Source of the DNA: Catajapyx aquilonaris
Taxonomy: Eukaryota
NCBI GenBank assembly: GCA_000934665.2
Contig: JYFJ02003697.1
Location: 1 to 38,689, forward strand
Reading direction: 5' to 3'
Length of the DNA stretch: 38,689 nucleotides
Part shown: positions 33,473-38,689 of the stretch, one piece after another
Position numbering within the stretch: the first letter of the stretch is position 1
How the letters are laid out: every line of letters starts with the position of its first letter
Position numbers and translations under genes: made by a program
The notes under the pieces: model-generated
What the model saw: only the letters and a program-made list of their open reading frames with translations
Databases searched by the model: none
What the model was told of the DNA's origin: nothing

Positions 33473-33948
33473 TCTCAAGCGTTTTCGAGATACAGGGGTC
33501 AAAAGGTCAAGGATGGACAACTTTATGAAGGCCCTGGGGAAGCTATCATTAGTGCTATCGGCGAGATTTTTGGGATCTAGAGGTTTCTTGGGATGGGGAA
33601 TACAGTGGCATAACCGAAAATCATGAATTATGCACATGAAGGGTACTTCTCAGGGAAGGGGGTGGGAGGTGGGGGAACAAAAATCACTATAAACAAAGTA
33701 TTTTCTACTCCTTAAATGACTATAAACAAAGTATTTTTGTCCCCCCACCTCCCACCCCCTTCCCTGAGAAGTACCCTTCATGTGCATAATTCATGATTTT
33801 TGGTTATGCCACTGTATTCTCCATCCCAAGAAACCTCTAGATCCCAAAAATCTCGCCGATAGCACTAATGATAGCTTCCCCAGGGCCTTCATAGAGTTGT
33901 CCATTCTTGACCTTTTGACCCCTAGCTGTATCTCGAAAACGCTTGAGA
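33473..33948. repeat. Large inverted repeat (~212-bp arms, 48-bp spacer) of transposon-like sequence
   Basis: 33473-33684 is the reverse complement of 33733-33948 with few differences. The centre contains ACTATAAACAAAGTATTTT twice. Confidence 0.92.
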
Positions 33949-34204
33949 TCGAGGATTTCTCCAGAAGGGTGTTGTTCTTCTGGCTGATAAGGAACCCGGA
34001 AAAAAAATATTTGACCTTGAACTTCGAGGGACACTTCGAGAGGTTCCCTTGTAAGAGTAGGACTAGTGAAGAAGTCATACATAATTATTGGACCCTCACA
34101 CACCGTGTCCAAATTGTATGGACATTTACTTACAAGGAAATTTACTGGAAGCTGTTTTTTTTCTTCCCTTAGACTGTTTCACCCTAAGCAGATGCCCTAT
34201 TATA

Positions 34205-34785
34205 CACGGTGTTTCAGAGTCACGGGTCAAGCGCGCGTGAGGGGGTGGGGAAAAATCTTAGGTGGCGACTACCCGAGCTGGTTTTATAAAACAAGGAGAA
34301 ATCCGGCAGTTAATCTATTTATTTATTACGGCCGTAAGGCGTGACATCACATCCTACTGAGTGGTGCGGACTGGCAAATGCAGTGGTTTGAACCTGGTTG
34401 AATGGGTGTTTAGCTTTGCATCGTGCACTGAAAAAGGCGGTCTGATGCTACACCGGCAGGATACTGAACACACTACTGTATAGTAGTACACTACTTTGTA
34501 CAGTACCCTACCGGTGTACCATGGAAGCGCCTTTTTCAGTGCAACCCGCAAAGCTAAAAACCCGTCAACCAGGTTCAACCCAATGCATTTGCCTTGCATT
34601 TGCCAGTCCGCAGGGGTCAATTCGAACAGAAAGTAGGATGTGACATCACGCCATATGGCCGATTGCCGATGCCGATTGATTATTACCGTATTTCTCATTG
34701 TTTTATGAAACCAGCTCGGGTAGTCGCCACCTACGATTTTTCCCCGCCCTCTCCCGCGTGCTTGACCCGTGACTGAAACGCCCTG
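34205..34785. mobile_element. Fold-back Tc1/mariner-type MITE, copy 5
   Basis: TA-CACGGTGTTTCAG ... CTGAAACGCCCTG-TA; palindromic along its whole length. Confidence 0.88.
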
Positions 34786-35231
34786 TATAGATACTGCTCG
34801 CACCACATGGGAGCAATGGAGCACCTGGATAAGGGTGTGACAAGCTGCACAAACCAGGCTAATTTGCATCATATTAATGATAACTATTAATAAAAAATTA
34901 CACAGCATTGATTGATTTTTTTTATTTTTTTTGGTGCAAGAGCCACACAGGCTATACTATGATAAACATATGCCACATTGTCAGGCATGGCAGGCATTTG
35001 GTATGAATACTAATTAGTATCTAATCATCTGACCACCAGCATGCAGAGTGCTAATCCCACACCACCACCGAACTATTTTGATCATGGCACAGCTTAATCA
35101 TATGGGATAAATGAAGCTGTGAATGTCGCGTTGGGTTTCGTGTAATTGTTTTTATTTGATTAGATTTAAAAAAGTCAGATGTTTTTGAATGCGTATTTTA
35201 TTTGTAAGTAATGGTGAATTTTTTTTGAAAG

Positions 35232-36023
35232 GAAAACTACGAAATGGAAGCAGTGGAAAAAAATACTTCAATGAGAACTGCTGGAGACTTTCCTAAGGAT
35301 GGCGCAACTTCAGATGTGGGCACGACAAGGAATCTGACACCTAGGAAGATGACGGCAAACAAGAAGAAGCCAGGATCAGTCCAGACTCATGAGAAGCAGA
35401 GGTTGACCGGTCATGCGAAACTTGCATCTGATGATAGACCTTACCCATGCAGTGATTGTGATAAGACGTATACTACAAAGACTGGGTTACTTTTGCATTA
35501 CAAGAATGTCCACCTTGGTATTAAGCCTTACTCATGTGACTTGTGTAACAAGAAATTTGCTGCGAAGACTCACATGGTTGATCACAGGAGGAATCACACA
35601 GGAGAAAGGCCATTCCAGTGCGAATGGTGCGAAAAATGTTTTCCTTCAAGGTCTCATTACCACCACCATGTTCGGGTTCACAAAGGATTGAAACCATTTC
35701 ACTGCACCATTTGTGGCAAAAGATTTGGTCGGTCAGGAAACTTACACTGTCACATGTTAATTCACTCAGGTGAGAAGCCTTTTGAATGTAGCACTTGTGG
35801 GAAAAGATTTGTTCAGTCAGGAAACTTACACAAGCACATGTTAATTCACTCAGATGGGAAGCCTTTTGAATGTACCACTTGTGGCAAAAGATTTGGTCAG
35901 GCAGGACACTTACACCGCCACATGTTAATTCACTCAGGTGAGAAGCTTTTCGAATGCAACTTGTGTGGCAAACAGTTCACCCGAAAAGCCGGCATGCGGA
36001 CACATGTGCAACTAATGCATTAG
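35232..36023 (+). CDS. Intact 7-finger C2H2 terminal exon of copy 5
   Basis: Open frame with seven canonical fingers and an internal ATG at 35244. Confidence 0.75.
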   Translation, partial: ENYEMEAVEKNTSMRTAGDFPKDGATSDVGTTRNLTPRKMTANKKKPGSVQTHEKQRLTGHAKLASDDRPYPCSDCDKTYTTKTGLLLHYKNVHLGIKPYSCDLCNKKFAAKTHMVDHRRNHTGERPFQCEWCEKCFPSRSHYHHHVRVHKGLKPFHCTICGKRFGRSGNLHCHMLIHSGEKPFECSTCGKRFVQSGNLHKHMLIHSDGKPFECTTCGKRFGQAGHLHRHMLIHSGEKLFECNLCGKQFTRKAGMRTHVQLMH

Positions 36024-36867
36024 GCATGGCATTCAACTGCATATGATAAGAAAGGATATGTGTATTTTTCTCTACCAAGGTCACCTCACACTTTAGTGGA
36101 AATGCTTGTGTGCTTCTTAACATACCTTGTGATTAGCTTAAAGGCAGATTCACTAATGACTGAATTTTGGAGCTGCAGGACTAATTTAGTGCCCGGAATA
36201 TTCAAAGCTGTTCATGTAGTTATGACTATCTTTTGGTTTGCTCAAATGAAAGTAAGCCCCCACATCCCATTGATCTCATTCTGTTCAAGAGAGAAATGTG
36301 TCCAGACATTGGTCATATAATTATGTCCTGTCTTTACATGCAGAAACAAGTGTTATTACCTGTGCATGAAAGTGTTAAGGTGCATTTACAAGTGAGCGAT
36401 TTGAAGGGTGAAGCAGATCGAAACCTTCATTGGCGCTGAGTAACCCAAGTAATCAATATTGTTTGAGGCGAACATCAATTGTTAATTTCAGCCTTGGCGA
36501 AGATTTTGCTTGTCAAATCGCTCGCATGTAAACGCACCAACCTTTATTGATGCAAAACTATGCGAAGGATTTTACAATGAAAGCTTGGAACAAATCTGCA
36601 GGTATATTTTTAGATCCTCTTCTGCTAGGGCCAGTTTCACGGAGCAGGTTATAATTTATTTTAGCACCTTGGTTATAACAAGAGTTGCCATAGTTGATGG
36701 CAACGAAAGGTAATGATTTTCCGAGAAGAAACTCGGATTTATAATATAACCTTCCCAATGAAACTGGCCCTAGCCTTTTTCGGCTACTGACGGGTATGTC
36801 TATAAGTGGGCAATAATTCCTCCTCTTTGTGTTTGGAATTGTGAAGGATATGAGTAGATTGTGGAGG

Positions 36868-37158
36868 CCCGGGTTTGATCCCAGCCTGGGGACACGCCCT
36901 TCATCTCGTGCAGAGTTTTAGGCCATCTCAGACTGCGTCTCGGGTGGATTTTCCAGGAGACTGAACCACCCGGGGGAGTTCACAAAATGACCTAAGCAAC
37001 TGTACTGCACTGCCCCTTGTACCAGTACATCTTCTCCTATCACCTTCCCTCTCGCGCGCGGTACCTGGGCATTTACGCCAAAAAGGACCAACTTGCACTA
37101 AAAGGTACTGTGCCAGATGCCCATTGGGCGGAGCACTAAACCCGATATTATTATTATT
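36868..37158 (+). mobile_element. 5'-deleted SINE, ortholog of 28798-29105
   Basis: Same family and same 3' flank (the MITE beginning GGGTGGAATT). Short (ATT)n tail. Confidence 0.83.
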
Positions 37159-37603
37159 GGAGATTTGGGTGGAATTTTCATCCCAGTTCTATATTTATTG
37201 CTGACTTTGGCAGTACCAGTGTTGGCATTGGTACTGCTAATAAGCTAGCAGTAATAACTAGCAGTGGGATGATAATTCCACCTATTGCCTCTAATTCATA
37301 GTAGTACTGTACGTCTGTACCTAGACCGGGTAGAGGAAGCCTGGCGCAGACTATTTTGTAATATCTGCAAAATCCTGTGAATAAGTGCCATGAAATAAAA
37401 TCACATGTGTTGTAAATGTGTTGATGGCCTCCATATCATTCGTTGAAATCGGATTTGGAATAATCAGCCAGCCTAATTTTTTTTAAAGGCCTGCAACTAG
37501 TGAAGGATGTCGCCATTGCTCAACTTCATATTGTGAAGACGTCAAAGAAAAGAATAATTAAAAGGGACTTGAATTGTTTATTGTAAATCGAATCAAACAA
37601 TCC

Positions 37604-37706
37604 ACTAAGCGCTATCTGCGATATTAGTTCTTTACAGTCGCTTACCGGCTGACCCCACAGCTACGCTATTTTCTCCCAATCCAAGATGGCGCTTTCGTCT
37701 CGCTGA
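37604..37706 (+). promoter_or_regulatory. Conserved promoter block, copy 6 (CAAGATGGCG 37682-37691)
   Basis: Homologous to 6123-6225. Confidence 0.6.
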
Positions 37707-37870
37707 AATTGAGCGTCTTTTTGAGAGAATTTCCTCATTTTGGGTCGGGTTGTGTCCGGGTTGAGGGTAGAACCGGGTCGGATCGAAGCAGAGGGTCTGT
37801 CTTCCTTGCCCAGAGGACTAGAGGAACGAGCCCTGCTCCCCAAGGGGACCCCCAGTCGAGGAAGAAGGAG

Positions 37871-38226
37871 ATGTCCCCCACCGAGGAGAACCCTCCCCTC
37901 CTGGAGGCCCGCCTGGAAGGGATCGTGTCCCGACTGGTCTCCCTGGAGGAGGACATGGCTGCCCTGAAGGAGTGGGCCAGGGGCTGCAGGAGGTGTGGGG
38001 CTGGACGGGGTGAGTATTTGGGGCCATTAAACACCTCTACTTGACATGTAAATGAGGCTCTTCAGTTGCAGACGACAATCCAGGCGACTTACCTTCTGAA
38101 GCCATTGCTCCAGGAAATGCTGGAGACTCAGTTCCTGTGGGCAGCATCAAGATTGAGTGGGACCAGTGCAAGGAGGAGGAGGAGGTCGCTGTGGAGGATG
38201 AAGGCCCGCAAGGAATTGGCGTTTGG
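37871..38226 (+). CDS. ZNF paralog copy 6, exons 1-2 (3' partial)
   Basis: Exons 37871-38009 and 38066-38226 are homologous to copies 2 and 3 and in frame. Intron 2 runs off the window. Confidence 0.82.
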
Positions 38227-38689
38227 GTGAGGATGCCTACTGGAATTGCTGCGGTCAGGAGGTCAAATGAAATGGCAGGGTCAAAAATGAAACGGGGGTG
38301 AAACGTGATGCTGCAAATGGGGTCATATTTCTGAAACTAATTGTGTCCTTTGTAACTATGTGTACACAGTTTATAAGAAAATTTGTGGTGATTCAAATTG
38401 ACATGCATCATCTGAAATCACAGGTTTTCCCTTTGATAAGAATGGTAGTTAGGGATGAAGAGTCACATGAACACATCTCAGTTATGTTGAAATGGCTGGT
38501 TAAAGCCACGTTTACATTCGAGAGTGATTTGATCAGTGATGAGATCACTGAGCAAAAGTAACAACAGAAGTAACAATATATTTTCCCCCCAAACAATGGG
38601 GAACTAGCCTTGGTCTGGGATTTGGGATTTTTGTTCATAACTAGCTAGCCCATGCCCGTAAACATACATTCCATCACTCTGTTGCATCA

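Larger units (their letters stand above)
29906..36023 (+). pseudogene. C2H2 zinc-finger gene, copy 5 (7 fingers): premature stop in exon 4, so a probable pseudogene or a splice-rescued gene
   Basis: Exons 29906-30053, 30127-30302, 31402-31507, 32791-32903, 33175-33309, 35232-36023. TGA at 32793-32795 replaces AGA/GGA of the paralogs and exon 6 is absent. The finger exon itself is intact. Confidence 0.65.
1..38689 (+). repeat. Tandem array of six paralogous ZNF gene units (about 6-11 kb each)
   Basis: The same promoter block, exons and intron remnants recur in the same order and orientation. Unit starts are near 6120, 12470, 18470, 29640 and 37600; copy 1 begins before position 1. Confidence 0.97.

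Noticed and set aside
33780..34908. 130-184-aa ORFs as transposase or host genes
   Set aside because: They lie in palindromic non-autonomous repeats and have no DDE, HTH or RT motifs.
18470..37600. Copies 4 and 5 as an assembly or haplotype duplication artefact
   Set aside because: They differ by many substitutions, private TE insertions, exon content and finger number.
1..38689. CRISPR arrays, operons or other prokaryotic systems
   Set aside because: The sequence has spliceosomal introns, SINEs and MITEs, and no regularly spaced repeat-spacer array.

Overview
Eukaryotic (animal, probably arthropod or insect; the taxon is inference only) genomic DNA. It holds a head-to-tail tandem array of six + strand paralogs of one multi-exon C2H2 zinc-finger gene. 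Copy 1 is cut at its 5' end and copy 6 at its 3' end by the window edges. I spliced the exons by hand and they join in consistent phases with GT-AG boundaries. Exon 1 encodes a nearly invariant heptad-repeat helix ending in CxxC (LEARLEGIVSRLVSLEEDMAAL[KR]EWARGCxxCGAGR). Exon 2 carries a SUMO-consensus IKxE motif and an acidic run. Exons 3-6 form a low-complexity acidic/basic linker. The last exon carries 5, 5, 5, 6 or 7 fingers with strongly diverged DNA-contact residues. The copies differ by an in-frame intron loss (copy 2), a candidate extra exon (copy 3), two independent losses of exon 6 (copies 3 and 5) and a premature stop (copy 5). Introns and spacers are densely filled with tRNA-derived SINEs and non-autonomous DNA transposons/MITEs, several of them nested. 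The overall architecture resembles KRAB-, ZAD- or FiNZ-type ZNF clusters, but I do not recognise the N-terminal effector domain. Most ORFs in the supplied track are spurious.
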